DNA of 64,000 bases from Bacteroidia bacterium. Lineage in GTDB: Bacteria > Bacteroidota > Bacteroidia > M30B66. The notes under the pieces are model-generated. The model searched no databases, was not told where the DNA came from, and saw only the letters and a list, made by a program, of their open reading frames with translations. Location: NCBI GenBank assembly GCA_965279035.1, contig OZ257142.1:2784001-2848000 (forward strand), given 5' to 3'. Below, in pieces: positions 1 to 9,799 of the stretch. A program made the position numbers and the translations under genes. How positions within the stretch are numbered: the stretch's first letter is position 1; every line of letters starts with the position of its first letter.

Positions 1-1
1 T

Positions 2-1747
2 GCTGATTTTGCTCCTCCCAATATTCCCTTTTTATCCTTTGGATTATTCATGGGAATTGCCATGAGTATCACCGCATTTCCGGTATTGGCAAGAATTATC
101 CAAGAACGAGGCTTAACCCGAACAAAACTGGGCGCCATCGCAATCACCAGCGCAGCAGCCGACGATATTACCGCATGGTGCATTTTAGCAGCTGTTATCG
201 CTATTGTTAAAGCCGGCACCTTAGTTACCGCTTTATTTACTATCGGATTTTCGCTCGTATATGTAGTGATTATGGTGTATTTAATTGGTCCCTTTTTAAA
301 ACGATTAGGTTCCATTTATTCTAACCGCGAAACCATTTCAAAAGGCATAGTTGCACTCGTTTTTGTCATATTATTAGCATCAGCCTATACCACCGAAATC
401 ATTGGAATTCATGCCTTATTCGGGGCTTTTCTAGCAGGTGTTATTATGCCGCCTAACTTGAATTTCAGAAAGATTTTAATTGATAAAATCGAAGATGTTT
501 CACTCGTTTTATTACTGCCTTTATTTTTCGTATTAACGGGTTTAAGAACACAAATCGGATTATTAAACGATGCCCATTTATGGCAATTATGTGGCGTTGT
601 TATTTCTGTTGCAGTTGCTGGAAAATTCGTGGGTTCGGCACTTGCAGCCAAAATCATTGGTCAAAGCTGGAAAGAAAGTTTATCCATTGGTGCCTTAATG
701 AATACCCGTGGACTCATGGAATTAATCGTACTCAATATTGGATACGATTTGGGAATACTCACGCCAACTATTTTCGCAATGATGGTGATTATGGCGCTCG
801 TAACAACCTTCATGACTGGACCATCACTTACCTTTATTAATTGGGCATTCAAAGAAAAATACGTTCAACCTGAAATAATTCCAATCAAAAAAGAGACACC
901 ATCCTATAAAATTTTAATTTCATTTGGACTTGCAAGTTCAGGCCGAAAAATCCTACGATTAGCAGCTCAAATGTTTGGACATGACAATCATTTGGTAAAT
1001 TATACAGCCATTCACGTTACACCAAGTGCCGATGTGAGTTTATTGAATGTGGCAGAGTTTGAACAACAAAGTTTTCGCCCCATTCGTACCGAAGCAGAAA
1101 AACTAAAAATTGATTTAAAATCACATTATAAATTAAGTAATGATTTAAATAAAGAGGTATCAGGAATTATTGAAGAAAATGAAATAAACATTTTATTAAT
1201 TGGTGCTGGAAAATCACTGTACACTGGATCTTTATTAGGAAACATTGTTGGAGTTACAAAAGCCTTATCACCCGAAAACCTTTTAGGAACAATCACTGGT
1301 GCGAATCCTCTTTTTAGAACCGATTATTTAATTGATGATAAAGCGCGTCAATTTGTCGAAAATGCACTCTGCGATGTAGGCGTTTTAATTGACCGTGACT
1401 TTAGCGATGCCGGCACTATTTTCCTTCCTTTATTTGGAGAAGAAGATGCCTATTTATTGAATTATGCACGCAAATTTATTCTGAATTCAAAATCAGATAT
1501 TTCGGTGATGGATGCATTTGATCAAATGACTGCCGATTCTGTAATGAAAGAAAAATACAATCGTTTACAATCCGAATTCCCCGAACGCATTCATTTACTG
1601 ACTGCAAAAACAATTGGAAAAGATTTCCTATCTCAACAGGAATTAATGCTAATTAATTATCAAAGCTGGAAAGGATTAATTGATAGCAAAAGTCTGTGGT
1701 TAGAACACATTCCAAGTGTGCTTATACTTCGCTCCCATTTACAGTAA
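2..1747 (+). CDS. Cation/H+ antiporter (CPA2 family) with C-terminal USP-like domain; 5' end lies outside the window
   Basis: Motifs SITAFPVLARI, AAADDITAW, GIHALFGAFLAG, LMNTRGLMEL; frame is open from base 2 (ADFAPPNIPFLSFGLFMG). Confidence 0.92.
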   Translation, partial: ADFAPPNIPFLSFGLFMGIAMSITAFPVLARIIQERGLTRTKLGAIAITSAAADDITAWCILAAVIAIVKAGTLVTALFTIGFSLVYVVIMVYLIGPFLKRLGSIYSNRETISKGIVALVFVILLASAYTTEIIGIHALFGAFLAGVIMPPNLNFRKILIDKIEDVSLVLLLPLFFVLTGLRTQIGLLNDAHLWQLCGVVISVAVAGKFVGSALAAKIIGQSWKESLSIGALMNTRGLMELIVLNIGYDLGILTPTIFAMMVIMALVTTFMTGPSLTFINWAFKEKYVQPEIIPIKKETPSYKILISFGLASSGRKILRLAAQMFGHDNHLVNYTAIHVTPSADVSLLNVAEFEQQSFRPIRTEAEKLKIDLKSHYKLSNDLNKEVSGIIEENEINILLIGAGKSLYTGSLLGNIVGVTKALSPENLLGTITGANPLFRTDYLIDDKARQFVENALCDVGVLIDRDFSDAGTIFLPLFGEEDAYLLNYARKFILNSKSDISVMDAFDQMTADSVMKEKYNRLQSEFPERIHLLTAKTIGKDFLSQQELMLINYQSWKGLIDSKSLWLEHIPSVLILRSHLQ

Positions 1748-3044
1748 TTGCTGGGATTTTTAGCGATCTTAATTTCAATAGAAATACTAAGCCTAAAACA
1801 AACAAAACGCCCAGTAATAATATAGATGCTCGCATCGATCCAGTCAGCGTTTCGAGTAAACCAAAAAGAAATGTCCCCAACACTACCGACATTTTTTCGG
1901 TAACATCGTAAAAACTAAAATAGGCTGTATGATCATTCGTTTCAGGTAAAAGTCGTGCATACGTCGAACGTGCCAAAGCTTGAACACCACCCATCACCAA
2001 ACCCACAACACTGGCAAGAATCATAAAACCGATTGATTCTGTAACATAGTAAGCTCCAACACAGATTCCTATCCAAATTACAACAGATGTAATCATGGCT
2101 TCCATATTCCCATATCGCTTCGAAAGCTTAGCAAATCCAATTGATCCAGCTACACCAACAAGTTGAATAATAAGTATTGTAGGAATCAAAACTTCATCCT
2201 TTAAACCAATTTCCTTTTTCCCAAAATTAGCTGCCATATACATGATTGTTAATACAGCCATCATCGTAAAAAAGAAAGCAAATAAATAGGTTCGTAAAAC
2301 CTGAGAAGCCTTGAATTCTCTCCATACTGTAGCTAGTTCGCGGTAACCATTCATCAATGGATTAGCGACTTTCATTTTTACTGAAGTATATTTTGGTAGA
2401 TAATAAAACGTGTATTGAGCAAAACCTATCCACCAAATTCCAACAGTAATAAAACTAATTCGGGCGGCCATGCCATTTTTAATTAAGCCAAACAATTCAG
2501 GCTTAAGCAACATGATTAAATTAATAATAAGCAATACCACACCACCAATATATCCTAGCGCATAACCTCGAGCTGAAATATGATCTTCTTCGCCCTTAGG
2601 AGCAATTTCGGGTAACCAAGCATTGTAAAAAACCAATCCACCGCTATATCCAATTCCTGCTAATGTAAAAGCGATAATTCCCCATTCTAAACGATCGGCT
2701 GTAAAAAAATAAAGTCCAGCACATGCCAATCCACCAATCCAGGTAAACAATTTCATAAAGAATTTACGTCTCCCTGTATAATCTGCAATGGAAGCTAAAA
2801 TGGGCGAAAACAAAGCTACAATGAGAAAAGAAGCCGACACAGCCCAAGCATACAGCGATGTATTTACCACCTGGAATCCGAAAAAAGAAACCATTCCATG
2901 TTCATCACCTTTCGCTACAAACCCATAATAAGCGGGCAAAATTGCCGAAGTAATACTTAATTGATACACCGAATTTGCCCAATCAAAAACTGTCCAAGCA
3001 CGAATGACCTTTTTGTCACCTCGAATTTCCTTCATTGACATCAA
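1722..3044 (-). CDS. MFS transporter (UMF1/Atg22-like)
   Basis: AWTVFDWANS, FYNAWLP, GYALGYIGG, QALARS motifs; about 12 hydrophobic segments. Confidence 0.9.
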   Translation of the reverse strand: MMSMKEIRGDKKVIRAWTVFDWANSVYQLSITSAILPAYYGFVAKGDEHGMVSFFGFQVVNTSLYAWAVSASFLIVALFSPILASIADYTGRRKFFMKLFTWIGGLACAGLYFFTADRLEWGIIAFTLAGIGYSGGLVFYNAWLPEIAPKGEEDHISARGYALGYIGGVVLLIINLIMLLKPELFGLIKNGMAARISFITVGIWWIGFAQYTFYYLPKYTSVKMKVANPLMNGYRELATVWREFKASQVLRTYLFAFFFTMMAVLTIMYMAANFGKKEIGLKDEVLIPTILIIQLVGVAGSIGFAKLSKRYGNMEAMITSVVIWIGICVGAYYVTESIGFMILASVVGLVMGGVQALARSTYARLLPETNDHTAYFSFYDVTEKMSVVLGTFLFGLLETLTGSMRASILLLGVLFVLGLVFLLKLRSLKIPAITVNGSEV

Positions 3045-3123
3045 ATTATTTCTTATTCTAAATCACGAAAGTAATGGTGAAAGCACTAATTTCGATGCAC
3101 CAATTTTAACTTGAATTTCAAGC

Positions 3124-3993
3124 ATGAATTCTTTCGAATCAACTGAAACAATATTAGTCCCTGTTGACTTTTCCGAAATCACAGCTCCAGCTCTTGCACA
3201 CGCAAAACTGTATGCCGAAATTTTCAAAAAACCAATTAAGCTTGTTCATTTGATCGATAAAGGTTGGGGCGATAAAGAACATGAGTTGCAATTGGAAGAA
3301 GATGAAGCACTCTCAAAACTTCAAAATCTTGCTGAAGAAATATATGACGAAAGTGGAATTGAAACAACTGTTCTTGTGCGACGTGGTCATTTCCATGATG
3401 GCATTGGAGAACTAGCTGCCGAATTAAATGCAACACTAGTGATTATGGGTACCAAAGGTATTCGAGGATTACAACGTTGGACGGGGAGCAATGCCATGAG
3501 AGTCATTCGTAATACGAAGGACGTTCCATTTATTGTAGTTCAAGAAGAACCGAAACGAGATAGTATAAAAACAGTTGTTCTTCCCTTTTCTTTTACAGTA
3601 GAAAGTCGCCAAAAACTGGCTTGGTCTATTCATTTAGCCAAACTTTTCAATTGCCATTTCTTATTACTTGCAGAACATCAAACAGATGAATTCATTCGTC
3701 ACCGAATGGATAATAACATGACATTTGCAAAAAAATATTTAACCCAACACGGCTGTAGTTTTTCTGTAGATACAGCAAGTGGTTCAACTGCATTTCATAA
3801 AGAAATTATCATTTACTCGGCAGCAAAAGAAGCCGATTTGTTATTGATTATGACCGATGAGGAACGTGACTTTTCAGAAATTTTCACCGGATCTCATGAA
3901 CAGGATATCATTGCAAACGAAAAGAAAATTCCTGTGATGGTAATGAATCCAGTTGATAATATGCAAATACTGGGTGCCGCGATGTTCCAATAA
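3124..3993 (+). CDS. Universal stress protein (tandem USP domains)
   Basis: ILVPVDFSE and LVIMGTKG...GSNAMRVIR motifs. Confidence 0.9.
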   Translation: MNSFESTETILVPVDFSEITAPALAHAKLYAEIFKKPIKLVHLIDKGWGDKEHELQLEEDEALSKLQNLAEEIYDESGIETTVLVRRGHFHDGIGELAAELNATLVIMGTKGIRGLQRWTGSNAMRVIRNTKDVPFIVVQEEPKRDSIKTVVLPFSFTVESRQKLAWSIHLAKLFNCHFLLLAEHQTDEFIRHRMDNNMTFAKKYLTQHGCSFSVDTASGSTAFHKEIIIYSAAKEADLLLIMTDEERDFSEIFTGSHEQDIIANEKKIPVMVMNPVDNMQILGAAMFQ

Positions 3994-4014
3994 ATAATAG
4001 AATTGATTTAATAG

Positions 4015-4049
4015 AAAGCAGCTTGATTCAATCAGGCTGCTTTTTTTTT
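4015..4049 (+). terminator. Rho-independent terminator after the USP gene
   Basis: AAAGCAGCTTGAT-tca-ATCAGGCTGC followed by T9. Confidence 0.85.
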
Positions 4050-4185
4050 CTTGAGTTTGAATATATTTCTCCAATTCAAGTATTCATCAACTAACAAATT
4101 GAATTTAAATCATCAATCAATTCAAGAAAATTAACTCATTCTAAAAGCGAATAAATTGATTTAGAAAATGTACTTTCGCGTCCCG

Positions 4186-4803
4186 ATGAGCAGAAGACCT
4201 TATGTTGTTGGAATCTCTGGCGGGAGCGCTTCGGGAAAAACCTCTTTCCTGAAGAATTTATGCGAAGCTTTGCCTCTTGGTGCGGCTTGCATTATTTCGC
4301 AGGACAATTACTACCTTCCTAAAGAACAGCAAATTAAAGACGAGAATAATCAAATCAATTTCGATTTGCCAACGTCTATTCACCGCGATGCATTTTATGC
4401 GGATATGCGGCATTTGATGAATGGAGAACAAGTGATCATCCAAGAATATACTTTCAACAACGCATCGCATTCTTCCCAAACTATCGAACTCAATCCAGCT
4501 CCCATCATCATCATGGAAGGATTGTTCATCTTTCACTACGAAGAAATTCGCAAGCAACTCGATTTAAAAGTTTACATCGATGCACGTGAAGACCTCAAAT
4601 TGGAACGTCGCTTACGTCGCGATAAAGACGAACGTGGCTATCCCGAAGAAACTGTATTGTATCAATGGAACAACCATGTGATGCCCAGCTATCATCAGTA
4701 TTTACGCCCTTACCGCGATGATGCTGATATTATTGTAACCAACAACATTAGCTACGACAAAGGATTAGCTGTTTTAGTAAATCATTTACGCAGCATTCTT
4801 TAA
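4186..4803 (+). CDS. udk: Uridine kinase
   Basis: GISGGSASGKT P-loop, ISQDNYY, NFDLP, IIMEGLF; start moved to ATG 4186, just after a TACTTTCG box. Confidence 0.9.
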   Translation: MSRRPYVVGISGGSASGKTSFLKNLCEALPLGAACIISQDNYYLPKEQQIKDENNQINFDLPTSIHRDAFYADMRHLMNGEQVIIQEYTFNNASHSSQTIELNPAPIIIMEGLFIFHYEEIRKQLDLKVYIDAREDLKLERRLRRDKDERGYPEETVLYQWNNHVMPSYHQYLRPYRDDADIIVTNNISYDKGLAVLVNHLRSIL

Positions 4804-4812
4804 TTGAACCTT

Positions 4813-4852
4813 AAAAAAAATCCCCGGTAACTCAACATTACCGGGGATTTTT
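4813..4852. terminator. Bidirectional terminator between convergent udk and lepB
   Basis: A8-TCCCCGGTAA-7 nt-TTACCGGGGA-T5. Confidence 0.9.
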
Positions 4853-4870
4853 CATTTCTGTGATTTGCTA

Positions 4871-6505
4871 TTAATGCTTTACACGAAAACGATTTCGATT
4901 ATTCCAACCTACAATTAGCAATACAAGTGGAATCATGATATATAAGAAATAGGATTTAGTCACACCATCATTTCGAATAAAGCTAAATACACGTTCGAAA
5001 CGAATATTTGGAAAACTGCGGTTGGTCGAGCGACTTAACCAAATAAATACGGCTTTTCCAACAATGTGATCGTGTGGTACAAATCCCCAAAAGCGCGAAT
5101 CAGCGGAGTTGTGACGATTATCACCCATCATAAAATAATAATCTTGCTTAAATGTATAGCTCGTTGCAGGAACTCCATTAATCAGAATTTGAGTTCCATT
5201 TATTTTTAAATCATTGCCTTCGTATACCCCAATGATGCGTTTATACAAATGGATAGAATGCGTATCGAGCGCTACTTGAACTCCTGCTTTCGGTATTACG
5301 AGCGGTCCGTAATTATCTTTATTCCAATTATACGATGGAGCATTGGGGAAAATATCTGGATCATAGGTTCCAGCTGGATCCATGCGTTCGGCCATTTGAG
5401 CCACTAAGGGTGAATCTTTTAGCTTCTCCTTATTCTTTCCATTCAAATGCACTTGCCACAAATTCGCATTGGCAATGTTTCGATAGCGCTCTGCATCTGT
5501 TACATCAAGTTTATCGAATGTTTTTTGTGGATCGTCCAAGGATTTAAATTGTAAATCATAAGAGAATTGCATCATCTCAGGATTCACTGCTGCTTGATCG
5601 TTAATGTATAGCTGCTTGTTTTTAATTTCTAATTTATCACCAGCAACAGCAACACAGCGTTTTACGTAATTATCGCGTTTATCAACCGGACGAGCGACAA
5701 CTTTCCCAAATGGTTTTTGATTGTATGGATTGATTGCATTGGGTGTATTTACTTGTTGCCATCCAAAAGAACGAACCAATCGATAATAGCTAATATTCTG
5801 CATGTTGATAGAAACCGTATCGCCATCAGGATAATTGAAAACAACGATGTCGTTATTTTTTACTTTCCCAAAACCTGGAAACCGAAAATATGGGAGTTCA
5901 ATCCATTCGGAATAGGAAGGAACCGTTTCGGTAAAAGGCATTGTGTGATGCGTAAACGGAATGGTAAGCGGAGTATTAGGTGTTTTGGCGCCGTAGCTTA
6001 CTTTACTTACAAAAAGGAAATCACCTACGAGCAAGGTTTTCTCCATGGAGGAAGTTGGAATGGTAAAGGCTTCGAAGAAAAATGTGCGAACAATGGTTGC
6101 AACAACCACAGCAAAGACAATGGCTTCGGACCATTCAACGCCTTTAGTTCTTTCGTATTTTTTCCAATAATCAGCACCCATGAAGCGGTATTTATCGCCA
6201 AAACCGAGGTAGCAGATATAGAAAGGAAAGAAGATAATTCCCGCAATAATTTCGAGTGTTGATTCCACTTCAAAATTACGCATGGTCAGAAAAACCATGA
6301 TCAAAACCATCATCAAGTTAACACCGGGAATAAGCAATAAAATCAACCACCACCATGGTTTATCGATAATGCGAAGCCAAACCCAAAAATTGTATCCGGG
6401 TACAAAGGCTTCCCAAGCTTGACGACCAGCTTTGGTGAAAATTTTAGAAAGGCCAAGAAATAAAATGACCAGCAAAAGAATATTTACGATCCACTTATAA
6501 TCCAT
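4871..6505 (-). CDS. lepB: Signal peptidase I with N-terminal DUF5684-like membrane domain
   Basis: IPTSSME catalytic Ser, YVKRCVA catalytic Lys, MMGDNRHNSADSRFWG. Confidence 0.95.
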   Translation of the reverse strand: MDYKWIVNILLLVILFLGLSKIFTKAGRQAWEAFVPGYNFWVWLRIIDKPWWWLILLLIPGVNLMMVLIMVFLTMRNFEVESTLEIIAGIIFFPFYICYLGFGDKYRFMGADYWKKYERTKGVEWSEAIVFAVVVATIVRTFFFEAFTIPTSSMEKTLLVGDFLFVSKVSYGAKTPNTPLTIPFTHHTMPFTETVPSYSEWIELPYFRFPGFGKVKNNDIVVFNYPDGDTVSINMQNISYYRLVRSFGWQQVNTPNAINPYNQKPFGKVVARPVDKRDNYVKRCVAVAGDKLEIKNKQLYINDQAAVNPEMMQFSYDLQFKSLDDPQKTFDKLDVTDAERYRNIANANLWQVHLNGKNKEKLKDSPLVAQMAERMDPAGTYDPDIFPNAPSYNWNKDNYGPLVIPKAGVQVALDTHSIHLYKRIIGVYEGNDLKINGTQILINGVPATSYTFKQDYYFMMGDNRHNSADSRFWGFVPHDHIVGKAVFIWLSRSTNRSFPNIRFERVFSFIRNDGVTKSYFLYIMIPLVLLIVGWNNRNRFRVKH

Positions 6506-7229
6506 GAGGCATCGAGAAGTTTAAAAGGTCCGACATAGTATAAATGCCTTTTTTCTTTTGTAGAAATTCGGCAGCTCTAACTGCTCCAAGCGCAAATCCT
6601 TCGCGACTAAAAGCAGTATGAGTAATATTAATTTCATCAACACCAGAACGGTACACGATACTATGTGTCCCAGGAACATCATCGGTACGAATGGAGTGAA
6701 TAGGAAGATCTCCCATTTCGGGTGCTTCTTCAGAACGACGCCAGCTATCGTATGCCGGATGTTCGGCAATGATACCTTCGGCAAGCGTGATAGCAGTTCC
6801 ACTAGGTGCATCTTTTTTTCGGATATGATGAATCTCTTCCATCATCACCGTATAATCTTCCTGTGTAGCCATGAGTCGCGCAAGAAAGCGATTCATCTGG
6901 AAAAACATATTCACTCCAATGCTGAAATTAGTCGCATAAAATAAACTCTGTTTCATATCCAAACAGCGATTGCTTACTTCGTGCAAATGATCATACCAGC
7001 CAGTTGTTCCAGTAACAACGGGGATTTTATGCTCAAAACAGGTATAGATATTTTCGACCGCGGCTTCGGGTTGTGTAAACTCAATCGCCACATCGGCTTT
7101 ACTTAATTCCGATTTCCAATCATCATTACTGCTTTTATGGACACGTAAAACCACTTCATGACCACGAGCTTTGGCTGTTGCCTCAATGGCTTTTCCCATT
7201 CCTCCATATCCGATCAATGCTATTTTCAT
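6495..7229 (-). CDS. dapB: 4-hydroxy-tetrahydrodipicolinate reductase
   Basis: GYGGMG Rossmann motif, GTTG, EEIHHIRKKDAPSGTA. Confidence 0.96.
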   Translation of the reverse strand: MKIALIGYGGMGKAIEATAKARGHEVVLRVHKSSNDDWKSELSKADVAIEFTQPEAAVENIYTCFEHKIPVVTGTTGWYDHLHEVSNRCLDMKQSLFYATNFSIGVNMFFQMNRFLARLMATQEDYTVMMEEIHHIRKKDAPSGTAITLAEGIIAEHPAYDSWRRSEEAPEMGDLPIHSIRTDDVPGTHSIVYRSGVDEINITHTAFSREGFALGAVRAAEFLQKKKGIYTMSDLLNFSMPHGL

Positions 7230-7231
7230 AT

Positions 7232-7876
7232 TCAGAAACGAAGTGTTAATCCTAAACCAGTAACTGGCATAGTTAAAATGGATGAATAAACGGGCTCGGG
7301 ACGAATGCGCATCGATAAATCATCGTTGATATTGAAATCAAAGAAATGAGCATCCACTGTAGCATCAATAATATTGATTGCATAAAGCAGGGAAATTCCA
7401 ACGATGGTTAAATCTCTGTTTCTATGATAAAACTCTTGAAGTTCGTTCAAATTCGAATCGGAATACTTAACTAAATCCAAATTCGCTTCTCCCTTTCCTT
7501 GTTGACGATGAATCAATTCCGTTTTAAATAATTTGAAGTTGCGTTGATTGAAGTTAAGTCCGTAAATCAGGGCGCCAGTTCCTGCTGCCAACACACCAAC
7601 TTTCCAATATTTCCGATTGTAAATTTGTCCCGCACCGGGAAGAACAGCCGATAACAAAGCTGCTTTTCTAGGAGAATGAACATGAACGGTATCGGCAGGC
7701 TTTTTCAGAGTGTCGCTTTGGGTAATTAGTATTGCTTGTGGTTGAATTATTACAGATGAATCTTTTTTTACTTCAAAATTCTGCTTCATACTGCCTTGAT
7801 TGTTTTGTGCAATGGCTTTAGAAACTGGCATTGCAAGTTCAAGTGTGATGAAAATAAGCAGAATACGAATCAACAT
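7232..7876 (-). CDS. DUF5683-like membrane protein
   Basis: SPRKAALLSAVLPGAGQIYNRKYWK and IIDATVDAH; usual Bacteroidota position between parB and dapB. Confidence 0.8.
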   Translation of the reverse strand: MLIRILLIFITLELAMPVSKAIAQNNQGSMKQNFEVKKDSSVIIQPQAILITQSDTLKKPADTVHVHSPRKAALLSAVLPGAGQIYNRKYWKVGVLAAGTGALIYGLNFNQRNFKLFKTELIHRQQGKGEANLDLVKYSDSNLNELQEFYHRNRDLTIVGISLLYAINIIDATVDAHFFDFNINDDLSMRIRPEPVYSSILTMPVTGLGLTLRF

Positions 7877-8769
7877 CAGGGGATGAGTTTGCTGAGTAGC
7901 TGAGCTAACTCTTCGGAAGAATTAAAACGAATATTTAATTGTCCCTTCCCTTCTTTATCTGTTTTAATATCCACCGGAACCGCCAATCGTTTATGCAAAC
8001 TGGCAATGGCTGCTTTCAATTCAACTGGCAATACCAATTTGGAAGAACGTGTAGCACCTGATTCCGGTTGTTTGTTCTTACGTGTGGCTTCTTCCACTTG
8101 TCGCACCGACATCTCGCTTGTCAATATTTGATTGAATAAGCTGAGTTGTTGTTTAGTATCTTCGATGGCAACAAGTGCGCGGGCATGCCCCATGCTGATT
8201 TTGCGTTCGCGAATTCCCAATTGAATTTCGGGTGGAAGTTTGAGTAAACGCAAATAATTCGCAACGGTAGAGCGTTTTTTAGCCACTTTCTCACTCACTT
8301 CTTCCTGAGTCAGTTTTACTTCTTCAATCAATCGTTGGTAAGCCAAAGCAATTTCGATTGAATCGAGTTCTTCGCGTTGAATGTTCTCCACCAAAGCCAT
8401 TTCCAACATTGCCTGATCATTGGCTATGCGTATGTAAGCTGGTATCGTGCGCAAGCCAGCCATTTGAGATGCCCGAAAACGACGTTCTCCACTAATGAGC
8501 TGGTATTTATCGTAGCCTAATTTCCGCACAGTAACAGGTTGAATCAAGCCCATTTCTTGAATCGACTCGGCTAGTTCGCGCAAAGCTTCTTCTTCAAAAT
8601 AGGTTCTTGGTTGAAACGGATTTGCTTCAATTTGATCAACCTGTAATTCTGAAATGGAACCAACCAAGCCCGACTCTGTTTGAGTAGCTCCTTTGGTAGT
8701 AATATCTGTATCGGGACTTGTGAGAAGTGCGCCTAAGCCTTTCCCCAAGGCATTCCGTTTATTATTCAT
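7876..8769 (-). CDS. parB: Chromosome partitioning protein ParB/Spo0J
   Basis: LGKGLGALL, NPFQPR, GERRFRA, ENIQRE, central HTH. Confidence 0.96.
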   Translation of the reverse strand: MNNKRNALGKGLGALLTSPDTDITTKGATQTESGLVGSISELQVDQIEANPFQPRTYFEEEALRELAESIQEMGLIQPVTVRKLGYDKYQLISGERRFRASQMAGLRTIPAYIRIANDQAMLEMALVENIQREELDSIEIALAYQRLIEEVKLTQEEVSEKVAKKRSTVANYLRLLKLPPEIQLGIRERKISMGHARALVAIEDTKQQLSLFNQILTSEMSVRQVEEATRKNKQPESGATRSSKLVLPVELKAAIASLHKRLAVPVDIKTDKEGKGQLNIRFNSSEELAQLLSKLIP

Positions 8770-8791
8770 AAAGCATTCGGGATTAAGCCCT

Positions 8792-9613
8792 TCAGTTTAA
8801 ATTTTCGTTCAATGGCTCAATCACCTTATCCGCATTCGAGATACGCGTTAAATCGTATTTCTGTAAAATTTCACGGGCCAAATTCAAATAATTGATTGCA
8901 CCCGACGAGCCTGCATCATGCATGATTACCGACAATCCAAAACTAGGTGCTTCACCTAATCGTGTATTACGCTGAATGATGGTATCGAAAACCATTTGCT
9001 GAAAATGCGTTTTCACCTCGTCAACCACCTGATTACTCAAGCGAAGTCGACTATCATACATCGTTAGCAAAATGCCTTCAATCTCCAATTCTGGATTCAA
9101 ACGCGATTGAACAATCTTAATGGTATTGAGCAATTTACCCAATCCTTCGAGTGCAAAATATTCGCATTGTACCGGAATGATTACAGAATCGGCAGCTGTT
9201 AATGAATTCACTGTGATCAATCCTAAGGAAGGAGAACAGTCGATGATGATGAATTCGTATTGGTCGCTAATCTTGTTGATTGCAGCGCGCATCATGTGTT
9301 CCCGATTGGGCAGATTAATCATTTCGATCTCCGCTCCTACCAAGTCGATATGTGCTGGAATCAAATCCAAATTCGGCGTGTTGGTGCTCAGGATGATGTC
9401 CTTGGGCTCCACTTCATTAATAATGCATTCGTAAATGCTCGTTTTAATATTGCGTGGGTCAAAACCAATTCCTGAGGTTGCGTTTGCCTGCGGATCTGCA
9501 TCGATCAACAAGGTTTTGTGTTCCAGAATTGCCAGACTGGCAGCCAGATTAATGGCAGTGGTCGTCTTTCCTACTCCTCCCTTCTGATTGGCGATTGCGA
9601 TTATTCGGGTCAT
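8792..9613 (-). CDS. parA: Chromosome partitioning ATPase ParA/Soj
   Basis: Deviant Walker A NQKGGVGKTT, DADPQANAT, QCEYFALEG. Confidence 0.96.
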   Translation of the reverse strand: MTRIIAIANQKGGVGKTTTAINLAASLAILEHKTLLIDADPQANATSGIGFDPRNIKTSIYECIINEVEPKDIILSTNTPNLDLIPAHIDLVGAEIEMINLPNREHMMRAAINKISDQYEFIIIDCSPSLGLITVNSLTAADSVIIPVQCEYFALEGLGKLLNTIKIVQSRLNPELEIEGILLTMYDSRLRLSNQVVDEVKTHFQQMVFDTIIQRNTRLGEAPSFGLSVIMHDAGSSGAINYLNLAREILQKYDLTRISNADKVIEPLNENLN

Positions 9614-9799
9614 GTGTTTAAGATTTCGTGTTCAGCGTGAATCCATTTCAGCTGAAAGCACGGCAAATATAGCGATTGATTAGCCTTAGAAAGACTAAAA
9701 TCATCAACATGGAATGGTTGGTAAGTGCGAGTTATTAACAGAAATAGGTAGAAATCTGCTCCCTTTTCAACAATTTCAAAGCAACTAAAGCTTCAACTC

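Noticed and set aside
1722-1747. 26-bp convergent overlap of the antiporter and MFS genes
   Set aside because: Short tail-to-tail overlaps are common in compact genomes
5717-6262. 181-aa ORF on + and similar overlapping short ORFs (e.g. 23364-23789, 49063-49530, 61944-62264)
   Set aside because: Antisense or alternate-frame shadows of well-supported genes, with no recognisable motifs
7876-9799. Plasmid/prophage partition module, parS site or oriC
   Set aside because: parA-parB-DUF5683-dapB-lepB is the ordinary chromosomal arrangement; I saw no parS palindrome or DnaA-box cluster (by-eye search only)
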